A stretch of DNA of 64,000 nt from a virus (taxonomy: Duplodnaviria; Heunggongvirae; Uroviricota; Caudoviricetes), in IMG/VR virus record IMGVR_UViG_3300010938_000017. One strand, written 5' to 3'. A model generated the notes under the pieces. It had not been told where the DNA came from, searched no databases, and saw only the letters and a list, made by a program, of their open reading frames with translations. Each line of letters begins with the position of its first letter. Within the stretch, counting starts at the first letter, position 1. Of this stretch, positions 8,895-19,368 are shown one piece after another. The position numbers were made by a program, and so were the translations under genes.

Positions 8895-11800
8895 ATGCCA
8901 CAAAGAACAATCCTTAAAGCTAAAGGTCTATATACAGATCCCAACCAACTTTCTGGTATTCCAGAGGGAGCAATGGTTGTGGCTGAGAACGTTGTTATCG
9001 ATAGGGATGACATCGTCGAATCTCGTCGTGGCTTTGCTCAATATGGTAATACTTTCGGTATATCTTCTGATAGATCCAAACAGCTTTTAGTCTATAAAAA
9101 TCGCGTTCTTGTTCATTATGAAGATAAATTATTATTTAACGCTAATCCCCACAATATGGAAGTTGATGGAGATTTCGAACCATTTGCCGGTTCATATTCT
9201 GAACTTGAGCCTGGACTTCGAATCAAAGGTTTTGAATCAAATAAAAACTTCTATTTTACAACCAACGATGGTATCAAAAAAATCTCTGCTAGAACTGCGG
9301 CGGATTTCACTACTGCTGCGGGATTTATTCGTGATGCTGGAGCAGTAAAAGCTCTAAACGTTACGGGTTCATTGAACAGTACCACAGAAGGCTTTCTTCC
9401 TTCTGATAGTAAAGTGGCCTATCGTGTTATCTGGGCGTACAAGGATAACAATGATAATCAGGTTCCTGGTTCCCCAAGTTCGCGGTTGGTGATGATCAAC
9501 TCTTCTGTGGAGAATGCTAATATTGATCTTGAATTTGTCATTCCACAAAATATAACCAGTGACTACTATTACCAAGTTTATCGCTCCGCTGTATTTACCA
9601 CGAGTGGAAGTTTGACCTTGGACGATATCGATCCAGGTGATGAATTACAACTTGTTATTGAAGATTTTCCAACCGCAGCACAATTGTCTGCGGGATTAGT
9701 TACTGTTACGGATCTCGCACCAGAAGATTTCCGTCAGGGAGGTTTACCTCTATATACTAATCCTAGTTCTGGTGATGGTATTCAGTCAGCCAACGAGCCG
9801 CCTCCAAAAGCCAAAGATATTACTATGTATCAGAGCACGATCTTCTACGCGAATACTGAAACTCGCGCTAGAACACAGATTGCTTTGCTTGGAGTTGAAG
9901 ATTTTATTTCTGGCGTTTCCTCAATCTCAATTAATGATTCTATAAATCCTGTTCAAACTTATACGTTTGTTGGAGCAAAAGAAAAAAGTAGATTTGATTT
10001 TACTGCCTATATCGGAGCTATTCCTGCCGATTTAGACGGCACATATTTTTTGCTTAACTCCGCTTCAAACAAACATAAATATTATGTTTGGTTTGACAAC
10101 ACTAAAACGACTCAAACTTTAGATTTTACTTTTTATGTCGGTTCAATCCCTAGTGAATTAGACGGGAAATATTTTTTACTGTATACACCCGATTTAGAAC
10201 GAATTTATTACGTGTGGTATGACGCTACAGGAAGCTCTGTTGACCCCGGAACTAATCCTGCAAACGGTTTAGCAAGCTTTAGCGGCATTCGTGTAGATAT
10301 TAGTTCTGGTATTACCACGGTAACACAACTGGCCAATGCTACTCAGATTCAAATTGGCATTAACGATATTGAAGGCGACTTTGACATCACTTATGGTGGT
10401 GGATCGACTGTTATTGTCAAAACCGAATCGTTTGATGAAACCTTAACCCCGGTAACTGAAACATTAGGAAAAGGGTTTGTACAAACTATCACAAGTCCTG
10501 TAAACAGTGACCCCGCTAATGATCTTATTACTAATACTGATGTTGTTGGACGTTCACCTTTTCGGGTTAACGTAAGTCGAAATATTACGACTACAGCAGA
10601 CATTGCCACTAAATTAGCCACAACGATAGCTAACCAGGACACTTCTTTAGACTTTGAGGTACTCTACACACCATTAAATACCTATGTAGATGTAGAAAAC
10701 ACTAATAACGGTGATACCGATGATGCTATCGATAGCTTGATTAATCCCATTGGTAATGGATTCGCTATCAGTATTCTTAACCAAGGTGACGGTGAAGACG
10801 CCGCTTTAAAACAAGTACTATTGTCCGCTGCTGCTAGTCCTGGACAACAGATTGATGAAACTGCTCGATCCTTGGTTAACGTTATCAATAAGAATAACTC
10901 CGATTCAGTGTACGCTTATTACTTATCTGGACCTACTGATTTGCCTGGTCAAATCCTTTTTGAAGTCAAAGATATCGGTATTAACCAGTTTTCTATTACT
11001 GCCAATAGTGCATTAACTGGTGCTTCGTTCAATCCATCGCTACCCCCGGTGGTCGGCGCTGCGGCAGTAACGGGCACAACCGAAATTAAACCTAATCGGA
11101 TTTACTTTGCCAAGCTTCAACAACCCGATGCCGTTCCTCTGTTGAATTTTATTGATGTAGGACCAGAAGACAAAGCCATCCTGCGTATTCTAGCTTTACG
11201 TGAAAGTCTGTTTATTCTTAAAGAAGATGGTGTATATCGGTTAACGGGTTCCAACGGAAACTATTCTGTCGATTTATTTGATGGTTCGACAAAAATCTTA
11301 GCTGCTGACAGTGCTGTAGTTCTTAATAACCAGATTTACTGTTTAGCCAATAACGGTATTGCGAAAGTTTCTGACACAGGCGTAGAAGTTATCAGTCATC
11401 CAATCAGAAACACTATTCAATTATATAGTAGCTCAGGATATGATTTTGTTAACACTACGTTTGGTGTATCTTATGAAAACGACTTCTCATATCTGTTATG
11501 GATGCCGTCTAACGTTGCTGATGAAGTGGCGACTATTGCTTTTAGATATTCGACCGTTACTAATACTTTCACTACGTTTAGATTGACCAAGACCTGCGGG
11601 ATCGTTAATCCTGGTGATGACAAAATGTATCTTGGCGCGGCTGATGCTAATTTCATTGAGAGAGAACGTAAACTATTTAATAGAACCGATTTTGCAGATA
11701 GAAACTTTGATTTGATAATTCCTGCTGCTTCGGTAGATGGTACTCTTTTAAAACTATCATCGTCCGTTGACGTTACTATTGGTGATGCCGCAATACAATC

Positions 11801-13214
11801 ACAGTATCTGACATTGAATGAGTATAACCAACTATTGAAAAAGCTCGACCTTGATCCAGCTATTGGACAAGCCGAGATCTCTTTATTTGATTATACTGCA
11901 TATGTAGGTAGTATTCCTGCCGATCTCCACAGTAAATACTTTATTTTATATGCCGCTGGTGATGCTAGACGATACGCGGTTTTCTATGACGCTCAAGGTG
12001 ATTTACCAATATTAAATACTACAGTTTTTAATGATATTGCCGATGCTGTTCAGATTCGAGTGGATATTAGTTCTGGTGTTACAACTTTAGCTGATGTTGC
12101 TGCAGCTACAAAAACTGCAATTCAGTCTCTTGCAACGTTTGACTTTGTAGTAAATTATATTACATCAAATACCTTCTTTCAAACTACCACTGTTAGACAT
12201 GGCAATACTACTGACTCCTCCGACAGCGCAGTTAACGGATTAGATGATGGATTTGCTGTAACTGTGACGCAACAAGGTTTAGGAGACTATTTTACGGCAC
12301 TCGAAATGATACCGGGCGATAATGTTTTTGCTAAACTAAATGCTTTAGCTTCAAAACTAGACACCGATCCTGGTGTAGCTCAAACCGATTTTCTTGCTGC
12401 AATTGCTCAGTATTCAGCGACAGGATCTGTTGTGACTTTAGGAAACCCTACGGTGATCAGTGAAATTAACCATAACATTCAAACTGGTCGGTTGATAACT
12501 ATTACAAATAGTACCTGTACTCCTAGTATTGATGGTAATTGGGTTGCTACTCGTCTTGATGCGAACAACTTTTCTATTGAGGCAGTAACCACTGTTGGTG
12601 GAGCATGTGACTGGGCGGCTAATACCGCTACGTTTGCTCAAGCTCAAGGCGCTTACAACACTATAGTTAATAAACTGAACGCCGATACTAGCGTTATTTA
12701 TCAGAATTACTCACTGTCAGAAGGTATCAAAGAGTTCGAGGTTCTTCTTTTAGAAAAAGAAGCTAACACTACTGATGTTAGAATGCAGTTTTCTATGCCC
12801 TTTCTGGAAGGTCCTGTTACCATCTATAAAGGTATTCCTTGTGACATTCAGTATAGTCCTGAGATCTTTGGTGATACTTCAATGATGAAACAGGTTACCG
12901 AATCTACTGTAATTTTTGAAAATACTAACTTCTCAAGAGCCTCTGTTGGATTTCGTAGCGATCTTTCCCCCGGCTTAGAAGCCATTGACTTTCTTAAATC
13001 GGGTAAGGGTGACTTTGGTTACTTCACTTTCAGTCAACATAATTGGGGCGGTGGTTTCTCTGGGGTTCCATTAAGAACATATATTCCCCGTAGAAAACAA
13101 CGTTGTCGTTTTATGCAGCTTGATTTCCGCCATGATAGTGCTCGGGAACACTTTGCACTGTTTGGATTTTCTTATACTTTCAGACCAGTTTCTGAACGGG
13201 CTTATCGGAGCTAA
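8895..13214 (+). CDS. large virion protein (1439 aa) with internal duplicated modules
   Basis: The longest ORF. Three copies of the module F(D)(F/Y)TAY(I/V)G(A/S)IP(A/S)(D/E)L(D/H)(G/S)(T/K)YF(L/I)L..., ending in YY/AVW/FYDA, are present, together with two copies of IRVDISSG(I/V)TT. Confidence 0.6.
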   Translation: MPQRTILKAKGLYTDPNQLSGIPEGAMVVAENVVIDRDDIVESRRGFAQYGNTFGISSDRSKQLLVYKNRVLVHYEDKLLFNANPHNMEVDGDFEPFAGSYSELEPGLRIKGFESNKNFYFTTNDGIKKISARTAADFTTAAGFIRDAGAVKALNVTGSLNSTTEGFLPSDSKVAYRVIWAYKDNNDNQVPGSPSSRLVMINSSVENANIDLEFVIPQNITSDYYYQVYRSAVFTTSGSLTLDDIDPGDELQLVIEDFPTAAQLSAGLVTVTDLAPEDFRQGGLPLYTNPSSGDGIQSANEPPPKAKDITMYQSTIFYANTETRARTQIALLGVEDFISGVSSISINDSINPVQTYTFVGAKEKSRFDFTAYIGAIPADLDGTYFLLNSASNKHKYYVWFDNTKTTQTLDFTFYVGSIPSELDGKYFLLYTPDLERIYYVWYDATGSSVDPGTNPANGLASFSGIRVDISSGITTVTQLANATQIQIGINDIEGDFDITYGGGSTVIVKTESFDETLTPVTETLGKGFVQTITSPVNSDPANDLITNTDVVGRSPFRVNVSRNITTTADIATKLATTIANQDTSLDFEVLYTPLNTYVDVENTNNGDTDDAIDSLINPIGNGFAISILNQGDGEDAALKQVLLSAAASPGQQIDETARSLVNVINKNNSDSVYAYYLSGPTDLPGQILFEVKDIGINQFSITANSALTGASFNPSLPPVVGAAAVTGTTEIKPNRIYFAKLQQPDAVPLLNFIDVGPEDKAILRILALRESLFILKEDGVYRLTGSNGNYSVDLFDGSTKILAADSAVVLNNQIYCLANNGIAKVSDTGVEVISHPIRNTIQLYSSSGYDFVNTTFGVSYENDFSYLLWMPSNVADEVATIAFRYSTVTNTFTTFRLTKTCGIVNPGDDKMYLGAADANFIERERKLFNRTDFADRNFDLIIPAASVDGTLLKLSSSVDVTIGDAAIQSQYLTLNEYNQLLKKLDLDPAIGQAEISLFDYTAYVGSIPADLHSKYFILYAAGDARRYAVFYDAQGDLPILNTTVFNDIADAVQIRVDISSGVTTLADVAAATKTAIQSLATFDFVVNYITSNTFFQTTTVRHGNTTDSSDSAVNGLDDGFAVTVTQQGLGDYFTALEMIPGDNVFAKLNALASKLDTDPGVAQTDFLAAIAQYSATGSVVTLGNPTVISEINHNIQTGRLITITNSTCTPSIDGNWVATRLDANNFSIEAVTTVGGACDWAANTATFAQAQGAYNTIVNKLNADTSVIYQNYSLSEGIKEFEVLLLEKEANTTDVRMQFSMPFLEGPVTIYKGIPCDIQYSPEIFGDTSMMKQVTESTVIFENTNFSRASVGFRSDLSPGLEAIDFLKSGKGDFGYFTFSQHNWGGGFSGVPLRTYIPRRKQRCRFMQLDFRHDSAREHFALFGFSYTFRPVSERAYRS

Positions 13215-13215
13215 T

Positions 13216-14853
13216 GTGTCACGAAGAATACCTAAATCAATAATCGATGCTCTAAGATTAAGTGGCGAAAGTGTTCGTGCTAGTGAACCTTTTGTTCGAG
13301 AAGGCGTGGAACGAATTATTAAAGAACAACACCTTCCGAAGTCGCAGAAAATTGTTGAAAAACTACCATCAGCCGATGAGTATGCTATGAAAATGTCTCA
13401 ACTAAGAAAAGCCGCTGGCATCGCTGGTACAGTCAGTGCAGGTTCTTTAATGTCTCCAGAAGAAGCCGAAGCTGCAGGATTACAAACTATTGTACAGAAA
13501 CTGGGTGTCGGTCTAGAGGATGCTGCCAAAATTAAAGCTTTAGCTAAATCTAAACCGGCTCAAGATGTTTTTGAAGAAAATATTAAGGCGTTACAAACCA
13601 TTACGGACTTTAAAAAGAATCCCGATGCTTATCAAAAATTAGGATCTGGGGTAGATTATCGCGCATTTCAAACACCTAGCGGTCAAGTCTTAAAACAACC
13701 CAAAGACTTTACCGAACCAAATTTAGTTCATCATGTGGCACCGTCATTAACTGAACTGGCGGGTTTAGGACCTAAAACAAAAAATATTGAATTAAGTAAC
13801 AAACTTTATATGATTCAAGATAAAGTTAATCCTTTAGATGATTTAGTTAAAAAGGCTAAAAGACCAGGAGGAGATCCTGAGTTAGAAGCTTTATGGAAAA
13901 AACATGACGATTTATGGAAAGATGTTCCAATTCATAGTAGTGAAGCCACGGCAAAAGTAAATATGTCTCCTGAGAATCAGGCCTTAGAAAAACAGATCAA
14001 AGAAAAAGAATTAGAGTTACTCACTAAACAGGGTATTAATTTATTAGATCTTGAAAAGAAAGCCTCATCATTATCTCCAGATCAACGTAAATTGCTGAAT
14101 TTAGACCAGTCTGTTCAAGATGATCCTGATTGGGCTTTTCAAAAATTATTGGAACATGACGCAACCCAAAAAATAGGATCTGTTATTGAACCAAATGACT
14201 TACATGCAGGTAATATTGGTCTTGATAAAAGCGGTAAACCAACAATTTTTGATACTTCAAGATTTGATAATGTAAACGTCAAAAAAATGAGTCCAGAACA
14301 AAAAGCTGCAATTCTTCAAAATAACATTTTAAAACCAAAAGCAAAACAACAGTTAAACTTTTCATTAAATAGTCTTGATGGCGCTTATATAACTAACCTT
14401 CCTAATTCTACTGAACAAATACTTCCAGATTTAGAGAAACATTCTGCTGCGATAAATGAGATTGTCGAGGAACAAGCCAGAAAAGCCGCGTATGTTGATC
14501 ATCTTAAAAAAGCTGCTGCAGTGGGTGCTTTTCCAACTGGAATTACAAATCCGATTAAAGATATTAGTGATACATATACATCTATTCGTCAACCAATTTT
14601 AGACGCGACTACAAAAGTTGGAGAAAAGATCGCTGATACAGTTAGACCTCCAATTCCTCTTTCTGAAGAAGCTAAACAACAAGAACGAGATATTGCTGGT
14701 GGTATAACTTCTATGGCTTTAGATCCCGCTAATCTTATCGCTCCTGGTGCTGGTATGGCAATTGGAGCAGCAGATATGGGGTTATTAGCTCCTAAGACAC
14801 CAGAGGAAGAACAAACTATACAGCGCCAATTAGCCATTGAAAGATTACGATAA
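13216..14853 (+). CDS. virion protein (GTG start proposed)
   Basis: The longest ORF in this frame (from 13120) would overlap the preceding gene by 95 nt. A GTG at 13216 has GGAG 5 nt upstream and follows the TAA of the preceding gene. Confidence 0.45.
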   Translation: MSRRIPKSIIDALRLSGESVRASEPFVREGVERIIKEQHLPKSQKIVEKLPSADEYAMKMSQLRKAAGIAGTVSAGSLMSPEEAEAAGLQTIVQKLGVGLEDAAKIKALAKSKPAQDVFEENIKALQTITDFKKNPDAYQKLGSGVDYRAFQTPSGQVLKQPKDFTEPNLVHHVAPSLTELAGLGPKTKNIELSNKLYMIQDKVNPLDDLVKKAKRPGGDPELEALWKKHDDLWKDVPIHSSEATAKVNMSPENQALEKQIKEKELELLTKQGINLLDLEKKASSLSPDQRKLLNLDQSVQDDPDWAFQKLLEHDATQKIGSVIEPNDLHAGNIGLDKSGKPTIFDTSRFDNVNVKKMSPEQKAAILQNNILKPKAKQQLNFSLNSLDGAYITNLPNSTEQILPDLEKHSAAINEIVEEQARKAAYVDHLKKAAAVGAFPTGITNPIKDISDTYTSIRQPILDATTKVGEKIADTVRPPIPLSEEAKQQERDIAGGITSMALDPANLIAPGAGMAIGAADMGLLAPKTPEEEQTIQRQLAIERLR

Positions 14854-15263
14854 TGGGAAAAGTACCAGATATCAAACGTATTTCTATTGAAGACTTTCCT
14901 CAAGAGTACAAACCTCTTGTGGAGAAGTTAGCTTTTCCTTTGAACTCTTTTATGGAACAGATTCGAAACTTGTTTGATAAAAATATCGATTTTAGCAATC
15001 TTAATCAAGAACTTATTACACTAAAAGTTCAAACTAATGAGAATAGTAAACCTCTTAGTAATTTGACCTTTAAAAGCGCGTTGAGGAACAAAGTAAGAGG
15101 AATTGTAGTACTTTCTGCAAATATTACATCGTCAAATAATACGTTCCCATCTCAAGCCCCATTTATCTCGTTTTCACAAAATTTAAGCACTGTGACTATA
15201 AGTAATATATCAGGTCTAGCGCCTGAAACAACATATGAATTGTTATTATTAACAATAAGTTAA
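14853..15263 (+). CDS. hypothetical structural-module protein
   Basis: 136-aa ORF, overlap-coupled (TAATG) to the upstream gene. Confidence 0.45.
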   Translation: MGKVPDIKRISIEDFPQEYKPLVEKLAFPLNSFMEQIRNLFDKNIDFSNLNQELITLKVQTNENSKPLSNLTFKSALRNKVRGIVVLSANITSSNNTFPSQAPFISFSQNLSTVTISNISGLAPETTYELLLLTIS

Positions 15264-15277
15264 CAACTGTATTTGAG
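15258..15277 (+). promoter_or_regulatory. 20-bp element AAGTTAACAACTGTATTTGA (copy 2), about 25 nt upstream of the gene starting at 15304
   Basis: It is an exact repeat of 3284-3303. Confidence 0.5.
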
Positions 15278-15303
15278 ACTCTATTCAAAATTAGGGACAT
15301 TCC

Positions 15304-16980
15304 ATGGCTGTAATTTTAAAACCGAATCCTACTCCAATCGCTCTTACTCCTGAACAGATCGCCGCTAAGAAGGGTGAGTTACAAACTATAGGTACTGCTA
15401 CACCCCAAACACCTGCGACTTCCAGTCAGGCTCCTGCGAGGGCACAACCGCAAGGCTCAGGCCGGTTCACTAATATTCAAAAATATATACAGGCAAATCG
15501 CACTGGTGGACAACAGATTGCAGGTAATATACAAGGGCAGTTCGATAAAAACGCTCAAAACGTAAGCGAAGGCATTCAAAACGCTCAATCTCAGCTTCAA
15601 AATAAGGTTAACCCTTTACAAACTCAGTTAGGGCAACAAGGAGCAGATAAGTTAAAATCTGTATTTATTGATCCTAACGCCGTGTTACAAGACCATGATA
15701 AACTCAATGACTTTCAAAATTTACAGCAAGGATATAAAACTAATATTGCTAACGTTCAAGGAACTGAGTCTATTAGACAACAGCAACTCCAAGGTGAAGC
15801 TGCCAAACTAGCTCAAACTGCCGATCTTGCTAACTCTGAACAAGGTCGTTTCCAATTGCTAAGAAATGCATTAGGACCCCAAGGTGGTTATAGTCAAGGT
15901 GCTCAACGTCTTGATCAAGTTCTTTTACAATCTCAACCCAACGTTAGTCGGGGCCTCCAAGCAGGTTTAAAGGGAACCGTTAATCAACAGCGTCAAGGTA
16001 TTTCCCAATTGGAACAAGACAGGGCTAATCATATTAAGAATCTTAAAACTCTTTCTGGTCAAAGACAAAATGAGTGGCAGCAATTATTAAATGACGGCCT
16101 TGATGCAGGGGCGGTAGATAATGATCTGAGTGCTCGTGGATACAACGACATTGCTGCTAATACACAACAGCGAATTGCTGACGCTACCAAAGATATGAAT
16201 GAAACTATTCCAGCAATTAGAGAGAGATTGAAAAATAACACAATAACTGCTGATGATATGCAGCGTTTAGGTTTATCAGGCGGCACGACACTATACGATG
16301 TGAATCTGAATGATTACATGAGTCAAACTCAATTTAACCCAGATAAGATAAACGTAAATGATCCTGAACAAATTAAACGTTATAACGCATTAAGAAAACT
16401 TTCAGGACAAGATCAACTCGGTGGAGGATTATTTTCTGAAGCTGACGTTGCCAACGCTGGGACATGGAACCCTGCTCAATATAATCATCAAGGTCTTCAG
16501 GATGCTCTTAGTGCTGCTAAGAAGAAATATGAACGTGATAACATTATTGATTTAATTGCACAGCTATATCCTGGCGATTGGACAGGAGCTAAAATGAATA
16601 GCACCGCTAATCCTTTATCTAATATTCAATCTCAGCTCCCAGGTGGAACTGGAATGCGAGCGCGACGGTATAACCAAGATGGATATGCTCGACAAGATGC
16701 TAACATAGCCGCGATGTTTAATAAAGATCCTAACGATCCAAAATCTGAGGATACCCTTTCTTACGAAAATCTCATTAACGCTATTGATAATGCTTGGGGT
16801 AAAGGTGTTGTACAAGATCAAACTGCTCGATTTGGCGGTAAGTATGCTCCTATTTTTGAATATCAAAAGAAACTCAATGAAGTTCGTAAGAGAGTTATAG
16901 GAAATCAACTTTCAGACAAAGCTGTTACTCCTGCTCCTGATACTGGTGGGTTGAAAATTTACACTAAAGGTAGCAGCTAA
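15304..16980 (+). CDS. Gln/Asn-rich virion protein (internal/ejection-like)
   Basis: 558 aa with low-complexity Q/N/G-rich composition. Confidence 0.5.
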   Translation: MAVILKPNPTPIALTPEQIAAKKGELQTIGTATPQTPATSSQAPARAQPQGSGRFTNIQKYIQANRTGGQQIAGNIQGQFDKNAQNVSEGIQNAQSQLQNKVNPLQTQLGQQGADKLKSVFIDPNAVLQDHDKLNDFQNLQQGYKTNIANVQGTESIRQQQLQGEAAKLAQTADLANSEQGRFQLLRNALGPQGGYSQGAQRLDQVLLQSQPNVSRGLQAGLKGTVNQQRQGISQLEQDRANHIKNLKTLSGQRQNEWQQLLNDGLDAGAVDNDLSARGYNDIAANTQQRIADATKDMNETIPAIRERLKNNTITADDMQRLGLSGGTTLYDVNLNDYMSQTQFNPDKINVNDPEQIKRYNALRKLSGQDQLGGGLFSEADVANAGTWNPAQYNHQGLQDALSAAKKKYERDNIIDLIAQLYPGDWTGAKMNSTANPLSNIQSQLPGGTGMRARRYNQDGYARQDANIAAMFNKDPNDPKSEDTLSYENLINAIDNAWGKGVVQDQTARFGGKYAPIFEYQKKLNEVRKRVIGNQLSDKAVTPAPDTGGLKIYTKGSS

Positions 16981-17007
16981 TGAAACACTATATGAGAGGT
17001 TTTTAAA

Positions 17008-18027
17008 ATGGCATGGCCAATTGTAGCAGCGGTAGCTGTTAGTGCAGTAAGTGGTATGATGGCGAATGGAGCGGCTCAAAGTGCTGCTAACGCTAAAAAA
17101 AGAGCAGCGGAAGCTGCTGCTAAAGCTTTTGCCAATATCAAGATACCGACTATTGAAGAACAAAAAATCATCTTACAGAATCCAGAATTAGTTGGTCAAT
17201 ACACGCCTGAACAAGTTGAAGCTATGCAATTGGGCGTCTCGGCTATGGAAAATGTATCTGCTGATCAATCAACTAAGGACGCTCAAAGTGATGCTCTCGA
17301 AGGTATTAGTGAAATCGCAGAAGGTGGATATAGTAAGTCAGATAAAGCTACATCTCGTGAGATTAATCGAGAAATTAATCAAAGTGCTCAAGCTCGCCAG
17401 AAAGCAATTCTTAACGCTATGGCTAGTCGTGGAGTTCTCGGTTCTGGTATGGAACTTGCCGCACAGCTTCAAGGCGAACAACAGTCGATTGACCAAGCCA
17501 GCAAAGCTGGAGACAACCTTACGTCACAAGTTCAGGCTCGTGCATTACAAGCGTTAGGAAAACAAGGTGACTTAGCAGGTCAAATGCGTGGACAACAGTT
17601 TGGTGAACAATCGGACATCGCTCGTGCAAGAGATCAAATTAACGAATTTAATCTTCGTAACCGTCAAGGTACTATGAACTCTAATGTTGCCGAAAGAAAT
17701 CGGGCACAGCAAGCTAATTTAGCCGCTAAACAAGCAATCGAAGATGGTCGTGCAGCTAACGCTAATAAACAGAATATGTATAATACCAGTTTAATTCGTC
17801 AAAGATACCAAGATGAAATGCAACACACTGGCGCTCAACATGGAATGAATATCCAAGCTGCTGACGCTGCCGCACAAGGTCATCTAGCTAACGCAGCTAT
17901 GTATCAAGGATTAGGATCATCTGCTGCTGGAGCTTTTATGGGTTACGGTAATATGCAGAATGCTAACGAACAGGCTGATAAAGATCGTGCAAATTCTTTA
18001 GAAGTTGCAAAGTATGGTAAGAAATAA
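17008..18027 (+). CDS. Ala/Gln-rich virion protein
   Basis: 339 aa with a hydrophobic N-terminus (WPIVAAVAVSAVSGMM) followed by a coiled, Q-rich region. Confidence 0.5.
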   Translation: MAWPIVAAVAVSAVSGMMANGAAQSAANAKKRAAEAAAKAFANIKIPTIEEQKIILQNPELVGQYTPEQVEAMQLGVSAMENVSADQSTKDAQSDALEGISEIAEGGYSKSDKATSREINREINQSAQARQKAILNAMASRGVLGSGMELAAQLQGEQQSIDQASKAGDNLTSQVQARALQALGKQGDLAGQMRGQQFGEQSDIARARDQINEFNLRNRQGTMNSNVAERNRAQQANLAAKQAIEDGRAANANKQNMYNTSLIRQRYQDEMQHTGAQHGMNIQAADAAAQGHLANAAMYQGLGSSAAGAFMGYGNMQNANEQADKDRANSLEVAKYGKK

Positions 18028-18036
18028 GGATTAAAT

Positions 18037-19368
18037 ATGGATGAAATGAACGATGATGAAATATTAGCAAAACTCCAGGCTGAGATGGAAAATCCCAATC
18101 CAGAGCCTCCAGCTCCCGAAGTTCCATCTGCTGCTGATAGGCTTCATGATGCTCAGGTTCATGGAAATAAACAAAATTTCTATGCTGATCTATTAAAAAG
18201 TTTTCAAGGCGCTATTCAAGCTTCTGCTCCTAACTCAGGATTTAAAGCTGATACTTCAATAGCTGATGGCATGGCTGCGAGATCGGGACAATCGCTCCAA
18301 AACGTTCAAAATCAATTGAAACAAGAAGCTGCTGCTAAGGTTGCTGCCCAAGAAGCTGAAAAGCATAAACTTTTTGTCGATGAAGCTAAGAACAAATTAA
18401 CTTTATCAAATATACAAGTTGAAGATACAAAAGAATCTCATAAACCTGGCTCTAAGATTTCTTTAGCCCAAGTTGCGATTCTTAAGGATTACTTAAATAT
18501 GATAGGTAAGCCGTATGACGAACGTTCTGTTGACGCGCTTAGTGCTGACGAAGCTATGAAATTGATTCCGAATATGGAAAAAATCGGTTTTGAATACTTT
18601 AAACAAACCGAAGCTGATAAACGCATGAAGAATGAAAATATACAAAAAGGTCTTGATAGACAACAAAAAGTTGATAGTGATGCTGCGCGATTAAAACTTG
18701 AAGAAGAACGTAATAAGCGTTTGGATGATATGGAAGAACGCCGGATAGGTAAAGAAGCTCGTCAAGAAAAAGAAGGTAATCGTAGATATCGCCAGCAACA
18801 GATTAATACTGTTCGTGGCGTTCTTAAGGACGATCCTCGTTTTAAAAAGACCATGGAACAAACTATGGCATTTGATGACGTTGCTCAACTTCTTAAAGAA
18901 GCTGAAGGCGGTAATGAACAGGCTGTTGGTGCTTTAGGTACTAAACTTGCCAGAGCAATGGGTGAAGTTGGTGTGTTAACTGATACTGACGTTGTACGTT
19001 ACGTAGCAGGACAATCTTGGGGCCGTAAACTCCGGGACTGGTTCACTAAAGGTGCAATAGGTCAACTGTCTCCTGAAACTATTAAGGGTATTAAGGCTAA
19101 CATTAAAACTCTTAAATCCAAAATGGATGGCGATGTTAACCGTGTGATTGATAATAGTTCTTCTAGAATTAAACAAATGTATCCTGAATTAGAAGATGAA
19201 GATATTCGTGGTATGTTAGGTTACAATGGTGGAGCTAAATCAGATGCTGGGAAATCTCCTTATGGAGAAGACGTTATTGAACGAGATGGTAAGAAATATA
19301 AATGGAATCCCAGTGCCCCAAATCCAAAGACCGGTAAGCCTGGTGGATATCAAATAATTGGTGAATAA
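18037..19368 (+). CDS. coiled-coil virion protein
   Basis: 443-aa charged helical ORF. Confidence 0.5.
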   Translation: MDEMNDDEILAKLQAEMENPNPEPPAPEVPSAADRLHDAQVHGNKQNFYADLLKSFQGAIQASAPNSGFKADTSIADGMAARSGQSLQNVQNQLKQEAAAKVAAQEAEKHKLFVDEAKNKLTLSNIQVEDTKESHKPGSKISLAQVAILKDYLNMIGKPYDERSVDALSADEAMKLIPNMEKIGFEYFKQTEADKRMKNENIQKGLDRQQKVDSDAARLKLEEERNKRLDDMEERRIGKEARQEKEGNRRYRQQQINTVRGVLKDDPRFKKTMEQTMAFDDVAQLLKEAEGGNEQAVGALGTKLARAMGEVGVLTDTDVVRYVAGQSWGRKLRDWFTKGAIGQLSPETIKGIKANIKTLKSKMDGDVNRVIDNSSSRIKQMYPELEDEDIRGMLGYNGGAKSDAGKSPYGEDVIERDGKKYKWNPSAPNPKTGKPGGYQIIGE

